Origin: Pontiella sp.
GTDB lineage: Bacteria; Verrucomicrobiota; Kiritimatiellia; Kiritimatiellales; Pontiellaceae
Assembly (NCBI GenBank): GCA_041582935.1
Contig: JBFHGU010000004.1
Location: 25,390 to 89,389 of the forward strand
Reading direction: 5' to 3'
DNA: 64,000 bases
Shown: one piece after another, positions 50,518 to 59,940 of the stretch
Position numbering within the stretch: position 1 is the first letter of the stretch
How the letters are laid out: every line of letters begins with the position of its first letter
Notes under the pieces: model-generated
The model's database searches: none
The model's input: the letters and a program-made list of their open reading frames with translations, nothing else
What the model was told of the DNA's origin: nothing
Program-made: the position numbers and the translations under genes

Positions 50518-52395
50518 ATGACTCTGCATATCCAGATTTCGCTGACGCTGCTTTTGCTCCAGCTAAGTCCGGAAGCCCGAGCGGTCACCACCTGGAAAGG
50601 GCCGGTCTCTGGATATTGGGATGTCCCGACGAACTGGGCCGGCGGGGAACCGACGAGCAACTCAACCGTGCGCCTCGATCACGACCGACAAACGAATGCC
50701 TATACCGTGATTGTCCGAACAGCCGCATCGACCGACAAGCTCTGGATGGACTCCTACGGAGCAGAACCTGTCAACGTGCAGATCGATCCTTCCGGACATC
50801 TCGAGCTTTACAGCATGCGCATGGGGTTCAAAGAGGACGATCGTGCATCCAGCTTTACGATTAACGGGGGCACGGTCCGCGGTATGGAGCCCACAGACGA
50901 GTCGATCACCAATACCGCGTTTCTAGTCGGCAACAACCCGAACTGCATAGCGACCCTGACGCTTTTAAACGGCGGCGAGCTTTCGGTACTGGGCTCAAAC
51001 GGGTTGATCGCAGCCTCCAGCAAGCAGAGCATCGGCCGACTCGATGTGTCTAACGGGAACCTGCTCATTAAAGATTCCTTACTCCTCGGCCAGGGGCCGC
51101 AAGCGCTGGGCGAGCTAACCATCTCCGGCTCGTCCTCGGTCTCCATCACGGGAGCGCTTCATATCGCCAAGCTGGACCAGGGAACGCTCTTCCCCACGGG
51201 AGCCGTCCATGTTGCCGGCGGCACACTCGAATGCGGACGGTTAAATATCGGCGCGCAGGGCATCGGCTCCTTCACTTTGAGCGATGGGCACGTGAGCGTG
51301 TTTGCCGACGGCATCACCGTAGGCCGGCAGAATTCAACGGCCCATTTAAAAATCGCTGGCGGCATAATGGAAACCATTGGATCCTCCATGAACATAGGAC
51401 ACCTTGATTCTTCCGGGACCGTCCTCATGACGAACGGAACCCTGGAAATCGACGGATCCATTGCGCTGGGTTCTTCGAGCCGTTCAGCCGGAACGATAGA
51501 GATGGCCGGCGGAGGCGTTCGCGCTGAAAATCTAATCCTTGGCGCAGCCGCCTCTTCCACCGGCACCGTGCACCTGCAAAGCGGAAGCGTTGTTGTCGAC
51601 CACACGGTTTACGTCGGGGCGGAAGGCGTTGGAATACTGCACCTTGGCGGCGGCGCGCTGACCACAACCCAGCTTATCCTGGGCGGCGGCGCATCGGCAG
51701 AATGCAAACTGACCGATGGCGAGCTCGTTCTGCTCGGCACGGGAGACGATTCGCTCCAGATTTCAAACAGTGTGCTGCAGGTTGAAAAAGCATTGATTAA
51801 ATGGCACCGCCCAAACCTTTCAGAATGGGTCACCAACGCATGGGCGGCCGGGACGATTCAATGGAGCGGCGGGCGGGCCTACGGAACATATAGCGCCGAC
51901 GGCTTTGATGGCTGCATCACGAACAGCGGATCCCTGCTCTTTTGGGATAACCAGGACAACGGCTCATCCTTCACCCAAAGCGTCATCTGGGTGGAAGAGT
52001 CGCCGTATAACACGTGGACTGATGATTTTCAGCTTGAAGGCAGCAATGCGCTATGGTCTGCCGACCCGGACCATGACGGCCTTGATAATTTGTCTGAATT
52101 CGGACTCGGAGGAAATCCTATCCTTGGACCGGATCCCGAGGTTCTGCCGACCTTCAGGCTCCTGCCGGAGGCAGCAGCTGCGGAATATATTTACCGAATG
52201 CGCAGCGATTCCAGCACCCTCGGGCTGACCTACCATCCGGCCTACAGCCCATCGCTGATGACGCAGGCCTGGACCGCGGTCGAAGGGCCCCTCGATGAAG
52301 AAGATTCATCCCCTGAAGGATTTATCAGCGTCACCAACCAGATTCCGATGCAAACCAGCAGCCTCTTCCTGCGCCTGCTCATCCAGCTGAATTAA
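50518..52395 (+). CDS. Secreted beta-strand-repeat (beta-helix-like) surface protein
   Basis: Signal peptide ending ARA, WDVPTNW, repeated IG...G.L.I.GG units, C-terminal DPDHDGLDNLSEFGLGGNP...LFLRL tail. Confidence 0.72.
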   Translation: MTLHIQISLTLLLLQLSPEARAVTTWKGPVSGYWDVPTNWAGGEPTSNSTVRLDHDRQTNAYTVIVRTAASTDKLWMDSYGAEPVNVQIDPSGHLELYSMRMGFKEDDRASSFTINGGTVRGMEPTDESITNTAFLVGNNPNCIATLTLLNGGELSVLGSNGLIAASSKQSIGRLDVSNGNLLIKDSLLLGQGPQALGELTISGSSSVSITGALHIAKLDQGTLFPTGAVHVAGGTLECGRLNIGAQGIGSFTLSDGHVSVFADGITVGRQNSTAHLKIAGGIMETIGSSMNIGHLDSSGTVLMTNGTLEIDGSIALGSSSRSAGTIEMAGGGVRAENLILGAAASSTGTVHLQSGSVVVDHTVYVGAEGVGILHLGGGALTTTQLILGGGASAECKLTDGELVLLGTGDDSLQISNSVLQVEKALIKWHRPNLSEWVTNAWAAGTIQWSGGRAYGTYSADGFDGCITNSGSLLFWDNQDNGSSFTQSVIWVEESPYNTWTDDFQLEGSNALWSADPDHDGLDNLSEFGLGGNPILGPDPEVLPTFRLLPEAAAAEYIYRMRSDSSTLGLTYHPAYSPSLMTQAWTAVEGPLDEEDSSPEGFISVTNQIPMQTSSLFLRLLIQLN

Positions 52396-52465
52396 ACAGG
52401 GCCCATATCTGAAGGGCCGGTTGCACCTTGACCGACTCGCATGAAATGCGCATTACTCGGCCCAT

Positions 52466-54226
52466 ATGAAAGCCCCCTATCTACAGTACAAAGACTACAT
52501 GAAAGCGCGCTACGGCGAGCCGCTCTTCCGCGTGCCGATCGACTTTAATTTCGGCTGTCCCAACCGCGAGGCCGACGGGTCCGGCGGATGCACCTTCTGC
52601 AATGTACGCGGTTCGGCCGCCGTGCAGACGATGGGTGCCGGAACGGTGAAAGAGCAGATGTTCGAAGCCATCCGCTTTGCGCGCGACCGCTACAACGCCA
52701 AAAAATACATGGCATACATCCAGGCCTTTTCCGCCACCTTCGGCAAGCGCCAGCAGCCGCTTTACCTCGACCTGCTGGACTCATTCGATTTTACCGCAGT
52801 GAGCATCGGCACCCGCCCCGACTGCCTCACACCGCAGGCCTACGATTTTCTGGCCGAGCTCAACAAACATATCGAAGTCTGGGTGGAGCTCGGCGTCCAG
52901 ACCGTCCACGACCGCACGCTCGAACGCATCAACCGCGGACACGACTGGGCTTCGAGCGAAACAGCTGTGAAAAAACTGCACGAGCTCGGCATCAAGGTTG
53001 CAGTTCACGCCATCCTCGGCCTGCCCGGCGAATCGGCGGAGGATTTCCGGCAGACCGCCGATACGCTGGCCGCGCTCCCCATCGATGCCGTGAAGATCCA
53101 CAACCTGCACATTGAAAAAGGCACGACGCTGGCGCTGGAACATGCGCTGACGCCCCTGCCCGTTTTGATGGAGCACGATTTTGCGGAGCACCTGATGGAT
53201 TTCATCCGCCGCCTGCCGCCGAACATTCCGATCATGCGCCTGACCACCGACACGCTGGACGAGGAGCTGATCGCCCCGAAATGGCACATGGCCAAAGGGC
53301 AGTTTAAAGATTACGTCATCCAGCAGATGACCTGCCGCGAATGGAAACAGGGGGATCTTTACGGAAATCGGAAGCCGGAAACCGGAAACTGGAAACTGAA
53401 AGTCGTAGAGACGGACGACGGTTCTACGACCTTCTGGAATGAAGACTACAAAGAGCACTACCACACGCCGGCCGGCGCGCGCCTCGAAGCCGAAGAAAAA
53501 TATCTGGTTCCCGGAAAGCTCAAGGAACGGCTGGCAAAGGGAGACGTCCAGCTGCTGGATGTCTGTTTCGGACTGGGCTACAACAGCCTCACAGCTCTCG
53601 AACTCGCCGAAGACGTAATGCGCCAGCAGCAAGGCTCCTCGCTGTCTGTAACCGCCCTTGAAATGGATCGGCGCGTCGTCGGAGCCGCCTCCGAAAACAT
53701 CCAGACTTTGGAAACCGATTGCAATGACTGGAAACAAATCCTGTCAGACCTTTACGAAAACCAATCGGCAATCGGAAATCGGAAATCGGAAATCCAAATT
53801 CTCTGGGGCGACGCCCGCTATACCGTCACCAAACTGGCGCCCGAATCCTTCGACCTCGTCTTCCTCGATGCCTTTTCCACCCAGCGCAATGCGGAGCTCT
53901 GGACGGTGGATTTTTTCCGAAAACTGAAACGGGTCATGAAGCCGAATGCGGTGCTGCTGACCTACTGCGCCGCTATTCCGGTGCGGGCCGGACTGCTCGA
54001 AGCCGGCTTTTTCGTCGGCGAGACCCATCCGGTCGGCCGCGCGCGCGGCGGAACGATGGCGGCAATGCAGGAACATGACATTGAAATTCCCCTGCCCGAT
54101 CATGAAGTGCGCATGATCCGCGAAACCACCCGCGGCCTGCCCTACCGCGATCCGTTCGGCGTCCGGACCAACAAAGAAATCCTGCGCAGCCGGCAGGAAG
54201 AGATCATCCTGCGCAAACAGGCCTGA
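52466..54226 (+). CDS. TIGR01212 (YhcC/YtqA) radical SAM fused to an MnmC-type tRNA methyltransferase domain
   Basis: CPNREADGSGGCTFC, IGTRPDC, VELGVQT, INRGH, HAILGLPGE, VKIHNLH. Then TDDGSTT, EHYH, LDVCFGLGYN, GDAR, FLDAFS, ELWT, LTY. Confidence 0.88.
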   Translation: MKAPYLQYKDYMKARYGEPLFRVPIDFNFGCPNREADGSGGCTFCNVRGSAAVQTMGAGTVKEQMFEAIRFARDRYNAKKYMAYIQAFSATFGKRQQPLYLDLLDSFDFTAVSIGTRPDCLTPQAYDFLAELNKHIEVWVELGVQTVHDRTLERINRGHDWASSETAVKKLHELGIKVAVHAILGLPGESAEDFRQTADTLAALPIDAVKIHNLHIEKGTTLALEHALTPLPVLMEHDFAEHLMDFIRRLPPNIPIMRLTTDTLDEELIAPKWHMAKGQFKDYVIQQMTCREWKQGDLYGNRKPETGNWKLKVVETDDGSTTFWNEDYKEHYHTPAGARLEAEEKYLVPGKLKERLAKGDVQLLDVCFGLGYNSLTALELAEDVMRQQQGSSLSVTALEMDRRVVGAASENIQTLETDCNDWKQILSDLYENQSAIGNRKSEIQILWGDARYTVTKLAPESFDLVFLDAFSTQRNAELWTVDFFRKLKRVMKPNAVLLTYCAAIPVRAGLLEAGFFVGETHPVGRARGGTMAAMQEHDIEIPLPDHEVRMIRETTRGLPYRDPFGVRTNKEILRSRQEEIILRKQA

Positions 54227-54500
54227 CCCGGGCGGGACCGCGCAGTGCAAAGCCGCGGCGCGCCGGCCCGAAAAAGAAAAATTCTGCCGTTTAAATAGTT
54301 TAATACTTTTTGAGTTTCCGTGCACATGCTACCCTCCTAATAGATTAGGATGTAGTTTATAAGATGCCCGCTAACCCATCAGCTGTAATTGAACTCGGCA
54401 CCGTATCGGCACCGGCCGTCTTCGGCACATCCGGACTCATCAGCAGCACCGGACGCCCGGCCCCTGCCGGGACCGGCGGGCCTGGAATTGAGGAGAGCAT

Positions 54501-55286
54501 ATGAACTATTTCTGCGCACTTCTACTGCTGGCGGTTCCCGTCTCCGCACTGGCCGAGCGCTCGGCACGGGATATTATGGATGAACAGTACGACCGGCACC
54601 GAGTCAGCAATGAAACCACGCATGTTTCGCTAACGCTGATCGACCGCAAAGGCTACGAGGAAGTCCGCACGCTGCGCCGCCTGCGCTCAGAGCAGCCGGA
54701 CGGGCTAAGCCGCGCGCTCACGGTGTTTGATGCTCCGGCGGATGTCAAAGGAACGGCCCTGCTTACCCGCGAAAACAAGGAGAAGGATAATGACCAGTGG
54801 CTCTACCTCCCCTCCCAGCGGCGGATGCTGCGGATTGCCCAATCCAGGCGCAGCGGCTATTTCATGGGAACAGATTTCACCTATGAAGATATGGATCCGG
54901 ACAACATCGATGATTATGCCTATCGCCTGCTCGGATCGGAAGAGCTGGACGGTTCCGTGTGCTACCTCATCGAGGCGGTACCGGCCGATGAGAAGAAGGA
55001 GCGCTCCAGCGGCTATGGAAAACGCAAGCTCTGGATCCGGCAGGATATTGTGTTCACCGTCCAGATTGAATATTTCGACCGCAAAGGCCGCCTGCTCAAG
55101 CGGCAGAAAAACACCGAGCTCACCAACATCCGCGGAGACATCTGGCGGGCGCAGCGGTCTTTTATGGATAACACTGCAAAGAACCACCAAACGATTGCGC
55201 AGGTGGTCCAGCGGGATATCGACGCAGGGATCCCGGACGAAATGTTCAGTGAACGCAGCCTGCGTTCCGGCCGTTATATGAACTGA
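54501..55286 (+). CDS. Outer-membrane lipoprotein-sorting (LolA-like) protein
   Basis: Signal peptide, PADVKGTALL, DQWLYLP, YFMGTDFTYED, IEYFDRKGRLLK. Confidence 0.88.
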   Translation: MNYFCALLLLAVPVSALAERSARDIMDEQYDRHRVSNETTHVSLTLIDRKGYEEVRTLRRLRSEQPDGLSRALTVFDAPADVKGTALLTRENKEKDNDQWLYLPSQRRMLRIAQSRRSGYFMGTDFTYEDMDPDNIDDYAYRLLGSEELDGSVCYLIEAVPADEKKERSSGYGKRKLWIRQDIVFTVQIEYFDRKGRLLKRQKNTELTNIRGDIWRAQRSFMDNTAKNHQTIAQVVQRDIDAGIPDEMFSERSLRSGRYMN

Positions 55287-55299
55287 TACGGAGATACGC

Positions 55300-57597
55300 A
55301 TGCACCGCTTGATGCAATGGTTCAGCCAGCATTCCATGCTAACGCTTCTGCTGATTGGTTTGCTTTCCATTGCAGCGCTTTTTCCGGCCAGCCGCATACG
55401 GATCGGCAGCTCTATTGACAACCTGATGATTCAGGATGATCCGGAGCGTGATTACTACCAGGAAACACGTGCTTTGTTCGGCTCCGAGCTCTCTGCGCTG
55501 ATATACATCGAAGACCCGGAACTCTTCTCCCCGCAAAAACTTTCGATGCTGCAGGATCTTATCGCCGACCTCGAACAGGTGGAGCATGTCCAGTCGTCGG
55601 AAAGCCTCTTTTCGGCTACCGATATCTATGCCGAAGACGGCTTGTTCAACGTGCAGCCGCTGATCGGATGGGCACCGGAAACCGATGAGCAGGCCGCGCA
55701 GGTCCTGCAGCGCGCAGCAATGCACCCCCTGCTCAAAAAGCAGCTCCTCTCGGCCGACTGCACCGCCACGCTGGTTAATCTCAGGCTGGACCTCGAAAAC
55801 GGGCGTATCAATCCCCTTCGTGAACTGAGCAGGAACATTGACACCGTGCTGGCGCCGTATACCGGCCGTTTCAGCCGCCTGTATCAGCTGGGCCGGCCCT
55901 ATATCATCAACCAGCAATCGGTTCACATCCAGCGGGACCAGCGCACCCTGCTGCCACTGGCCACAGCCGTCCTGCTGATCATGCTTGCGGGCATTCTGGC
56001 CAGCTTTAAAGGTGCCGTCCTTCCCCTGCTGACCTCGGGCATCAGCATCCTCTGGACCTTTGCTTTCATGGGCCTGCTGGACCTGCCGCTGACCATCCTG
56101 TCTTTTATGGTGCCGTCGCTGATCATCGTGATCGGCTCCACCGAAGATATCCACCTGCTGGCTGAATACAAAGCCGGCCGGGGCGACGGACTCCGGCGCG
56201 GGCCGGCCATTCAGCGGATGATCGCACGGCTGGCTGTTGCCGTTCTGTTCACCGCACTCACCACCGCCGCGGGCTTTCTTTCCATCACGGCCAGTCCAAT
56301 GCCCATCCTCCACGAATTCGGTCTTGCCGCGTCATTCGGCCTGATTGCCAACCCCCTCGTCACCATCAGCCTCATCCCGGCCTGCCTGGCGCTTTTCCCC
56401 GACCGCCCGGCACGGTTCAGCCGGCCCGAAAAAGATTCGGCACTGCTGCAGCGGCTGCTTAATTTCCTGCAGCGCTGCCGCCGCCGGCCGGGCACAACGC
56501 TCGCCTTAGCCATCATTCCCTGCGCCGCGTTCGGCCTCTACGGCGCCGCCCGGGTTGAACCCGACAACAATATCATCCGTTTCTTCAAGCCGGACTCCCC
56601 GGTCGTTTTGAAATCCGACCGCTTACATGCCAAGCTCTCCGGCCCGGATTCATTCTGCATTCGAATCGATTCCGACGAACCCGGCGCCTTCAAGGACCCG
56701 GAAAACCTGACCTATGCCCTGCGCCTGCAGCACTACCTCAAGGAACAGGGCTGGACCGACTGCAGCATCAGCCTGACGGACTACCTGTCCTATGCCCACC
56801 GCTCCTTCTCCGGCAGCACGAATCCGCTGCCGGCATCCGCCCAAGGTGTCGCGGAATACCTCCTGCTGCTTCACCGCGCCGACATTGAGCCCTATGTCAC
56901 GCCCTCCTTCCAAAACCTGAACATCCAGGTCCGCCACAACGTCACCTCTTCCCGGGAACTGCTCGCCCGGATTGCCGATCTGCGCGCATATATCCGCACC
57001 ACCAGCCCCGCGAATCTGCAGGTTGGGGTAACCGGCGAAATGCTGCTGGTTCACAAGGCGGTCGGAGCAATTGTACGCGGCCAGCTGCGCGGCATCCTGA
57101 TTATTGCCGTCAGTACCGCTGTATTGCTGAGCCTGCTGTTCCGCAACCTCCGCATCGGCTGCATTGCGCTGATTCCGAACCTGCTTCCGGTCGGCATTCA
57201 GTTCGGCATCATGGCGCTGGCCGGCATCCCGCTGAACACCGCAACCAGTATGGCCGCCGCGGTCGGCATCGGACTTGCGGTAGACGACACCATCCACCTG
57301 CTCATGCGTTTCTACAGCCAGCCCCCCGCGCTGGATCCGGAAACCGCCGTGGCCCGTTCCGTCAAACATACCATCAAGCCGGTCATTGCCACCTCGATGT
57401 CCCTCTGCCTCGGATTTCTGGTGATGCGCTTTTCCAGCTTCGTGCCGATCGGCGATTTTGCCCTGCTCTCAGCCGTGGTACTCATCACGGCACTCCTGGC
57501 GGATCTGTTCGTCACCCCCACATTGCTGTCATTGCGCATCATGCATCCGGCCCGGCGAATGACCCTGCAGCAGCCCCGGGAGACGCAAACCCCATGA
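55300..57597 (+). CDS. MMPL/RND-superfamily transporter
   Basis: Two repeats of TM block plus periplasmic loop. IGSTEDIHL, TALTTAAGFLS, PNLLP, GIGLAVDDTIH. Confidence 0.88.
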   Translation: MHRLMQWFSQHSMLTLLLIGLLSIAALFPASRIRIGSSIDNLMIQDDPERDYYQETRALFGSELSALIYIEDPELFSPQKLSMLQDLIADLEQVEHVQSSESLFSATDIYAEDGLFNVQPLIGWAPETDEQAAQVLQRAAMHPLLKKQLLSADCTATLVNLRLDLENGRINPLRELSRNIDTVLAPYTGRFSRLYQLGRPYIINQQSVHIQRDQRTLLPLATAVLLIMLAGILASFKGAVLPLLTSGISILWTFAFMGLLDLPLTILSFMVPSLIIVIGSTEDIHLLAEYKAGRGDGLRRGPAIQRMIARLAVAVLFTALTTAAGFLSITASPMPILHEFGLAASFGLIANPLVTISLIPACLALFPDRPARFSRPEKDSALLQRLLNFLQRCRRRPGTTLALAIIPCAAFGLYGAARVEPDNNIIRFFKPDSPVVLKSDRLHAKLSGPDSFCIRIDSDEPGAFKDPENLTYALRLQHYLKEQGWTDCSISLTDYLSYAHRSFSGSTNPLPASAQGVAEYLLLLHRADIEPYVTPSFQNLNIQVRHNVTSSRELLARIADLRAYIRTTSPANLQVGVTGEMLLVHKAVGAIVRGQLRGILIIAVSTAVLLSLLFRNLRIGCIALIPNLLPVGIQFGIMALAGIPLNTATSMAAAVGIGLAVDDTIHLLMRFYSQPPALDPETAVARSVKHTIKPVIATSMSLCLGFLVMRFSSFVPIGDFALLSAVVLITALLADLFVTPTLLSLRIMHPARRMTLQQPRETQTP

Positions 57598-58934
57598 CAC
57601 TCCGGCACACCGTTTCAGTTCTGGCCGTCCTGCTCCTGCCGGCATGCGGCACCGCAGGCGTCAAAGACCTCGGGGAAAACCTGGAATCGAAGTTCCAGGC
57701 AAAGATGACACTCTATCCGCGGAAACCGGCCGGCTCGTTTGTACCCAGCGCCGCAATCGAAGACAGCTTTCTCACCCCCGAATTCCTCTATTCCTGGCAG
57801 ACCTGGCTGGAAACAGAAAACCAGCTCCGCATCAACGCCGGCGGCTGGCTGGAATACGGCGTGCCGAGCTCCTATCGCTGGACCAGCGGTTTTGAACTCT
57901 TCCAAGACGATGAAATGAAAAGCCGCTCCGTGGTGCTGAATGAAATCTACGCCGTCCAGCCGTTCGGAAACCTCGACCTTCTCGCCGGGCGCAGTATTCA
58001 GCGGAACACCCTGGCCCTGCTGTATCCGCTGGCCGACCGCTATGCGGCGCGCGACTTCAATGATCCGGTCAACCCGAAGATATTCGGCCAGTGGCAGGTG
58101 CGGGCCGATTACTACCTCAACGACTGGCAGTTCGGCGCCGCAGTACTCCCCGTCTATCAGCCGCAGAAAGTTCCCGGCTATGAATCCCGCTGGTGGATTC
58201 GCGATATCGAACCGCTCCTCGGCGAACCCCTGCCCCCCGATGCCGGCGGACAGGTTCACCGTTCCGCCCCGGTAACCAGCTGGGAAAACACCGGAATACT
58301 GATGACGCTGCGGACCCGCCAGCCGCAGTGGGACGCCTTCACAACCCTATACCACGGCTACACGCGCTACACCGCGGCCCGGCTCGAAAAACCCGCAGCA
58401 GACAATTATCAGGTCACACTCGAATACCTGCCCGGCCTGGAATGGTCCGGCGGATTGTCCACCGTATTCGGCTCCGTGGAGCTGCATTCCGAAGCCCTTT
58501 ATCACCGCTCATACTCGGGAAGGGATGACGAGTATATCAACGGCCTGATCGGCTTCACCTGGCGCCCGAACCGGCTTGCCGAATGGCTGCGCTGCAGCCA
58601 GGCCTACCTCATCGTCGAATATGCGCGCGAACACGTCCTTGAAGAACAGGACCCGGAACTCGGTTATGTATCGAGTTCGAAGCCTTTCCGTTTCGGAAAG
58701 AACACCCTCTTCTCCGAATTCACCGTGGAGATGACCGCACGCGATACCGCGGCGCTGACCTATTTCTACAATTTCGACAGCCGCGGCAGCTTTACCCGGC
58801 TGTGGGGCGGCCGCCGGTTCAGGAACGCGGTGCATCTGAAGCTCGTGCTCGAACTCTTCGCCGGCGACGGCCTCTACTTCGGAACCTGGGAGCAGAATGA
58901 CCGCATCTATTTAAGTTATGAATACCACTTCTAA
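57594..58934 (+). CDS. Probable outer-membrane beta-barrel protein
   Basis: Signal peptide, LNEIYA...LLAGRS, amphipathic aromatic strands, C-terminal beta-signal YLSYEYHF. ATGA-coupled to the MMPL gene. Confidence 0.75.
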   Translation: MTLRHTVSVLAVLLLPACGTAGVKDLGENLESKFQAKMTLYPRKPAGSFVPSAAIEDSFLTPEFLYSWQTWLETENQLRINAGGWLEYGVPSSYRWTSGFELFQDDEMKSRSVVLNEIYAVQPFGNLDLLAGRSIQRNTLALLYPLADRYAARDFNDPVNPKIFGQWQVRADYYLNDWQFGAAVLPVYQPQKVPGYESRWWIRDIEPLLGEPLPPDAGGQVHRSAPVTSWENTGILMTLRTRQPQWDAFTTLYHGYTRYTAARLEKPAADNYQVTLEYLPGLEWSGGLSTVFGSVELHSEALYHRSYSGRDDEYINGLIGFTWRPNRLAEWLRCSQAYLIVEYAREHVLEEQDPELGYVSSSKPFRFGKNTLFSEFTVEMTARDTAALTYFYNFDSRGSFTRLWGGRRFRNAVHLKLVLELFAGDGLYFGTWEQNDRIYLSYEYHF

Positions 58935-59228
58935 TTAAAATTCGTTCAAACAAGATTATTCATTCGTTTGATTTTTTTCTTTCGTTTTACAGCAATTACG
59001 TTTGCAAAATAACTTAACCCCGGTTAAATAAAACCTGTAGGGAGCATATGACATGCAGCGGAGCAACATAGCTGAATATTCCATTTCCTGCAGCGGCGGC
59101 GGCAAGCCCTCCCGATTTTTCAGATCAGCCTTTCGGAGACTCCGTAAACATTCTGTGCAGCGCCCGGACGGGCCGGGAGCGCCGGTGCGGGAAATTAATC
59201 CCGAAATATAAATCAGGAGGAAGAACAA

Positions 59229-59780
59229 ATGAAAACAACACTATGCATCGCAACGGCCATCAGCCTGCTCATGGGCGTTCAAGCCGCTGAAACGGAAACC
59301 CAGATCGAAATGGAAACGGAAATCGGAACCGAAATCGAGCACGCAGAAATCGGACTCATCGGTGTCGGATATCAAGGCTTCTTCATCGGCGGGGATCTGC
59401 TGAATACCCTGGCTGTGCGGTATGCCCCGAAACCGATCGGCGGACAGGTGGAGATCGGAAAAATGTCCATCGACGCCGACGGCGACGAGCTCGATCTGTT
59501 CATGCTGAAGGGCAAAGGCTACTACAGCCTGATTGAACGGGAAAACAGCACCTTCTATGCCGGTGCCTCGCTCGCTTATATCAAGATCGAACAGGACGGC
59601 ACCGAAGTGGACGGTTTTTCCATTGCACCGCTCATGGGCGTGGAATACAAGCTTCAGGGGCTTCCGGAGCTCGGCCTCAACTTTGAGGTTTCCTATGAAA
59701 TCGTCGATCTCGATGCGGACGGCGCCGACGTCACCCTGGACGGCATCGGAGTCTGCGCCGGCATGAGTTACTATTTCTAG
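59229..59780 (+). CDS. Small outer-membrane beta-barrel protein
   Basis: RBS AGGAGG, signal peptide, about 8 amphipathic strands, C-terminal AGMSYYF. Confidence 0.8.
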   Translation: MKTTLCIATAISLLMGVQAAETETQIEMETEIGTEIEHAEIGLIGVGYQGFFIGGDLLNTLAVRYAPKPIGGQVEIGKMSIDADGDELDLFMLKGKGYYSLIERENSTFYAGASLAYIKIEQDGTEVDGFSIAPLMGVEYKLQGLPELGLNFEVSYEIVDLDADGADVTLDGIGVCAGMSYYF

Positions 59781-59826
59781 AACCTACAGCGCCCCGATAA
59801 CGATTTCCGGCCGCCCCGGAAACCTG

Positions 59827-59851
59827 AACCCCGCCTGCAAAGCGGGGTTTT
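59827..59851 (+). terminator. Intrinsic terminator
   Basis: AACCCCGC-CTGCAAA-GCGGGGTTTT. Confidence 0.75.
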
Positions 59852-59940
59852 GCTTATCCCGCCAGGCAGCAGCACATCCTCAAAAGCAAACCAAAAGGAA
59901 CTTCCAATCCCTAAGCCATTGTGGTTAATTCCGCCTCCTT

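Noticed and set aside
59288-59354. GAAAC/GAAATC repeats near the start of the small barrel gene
   Set aside because: The periodicity follows codons (ETE/TEIE low-complexity peptide), unlike the period-7 arrays at 53363-53795.
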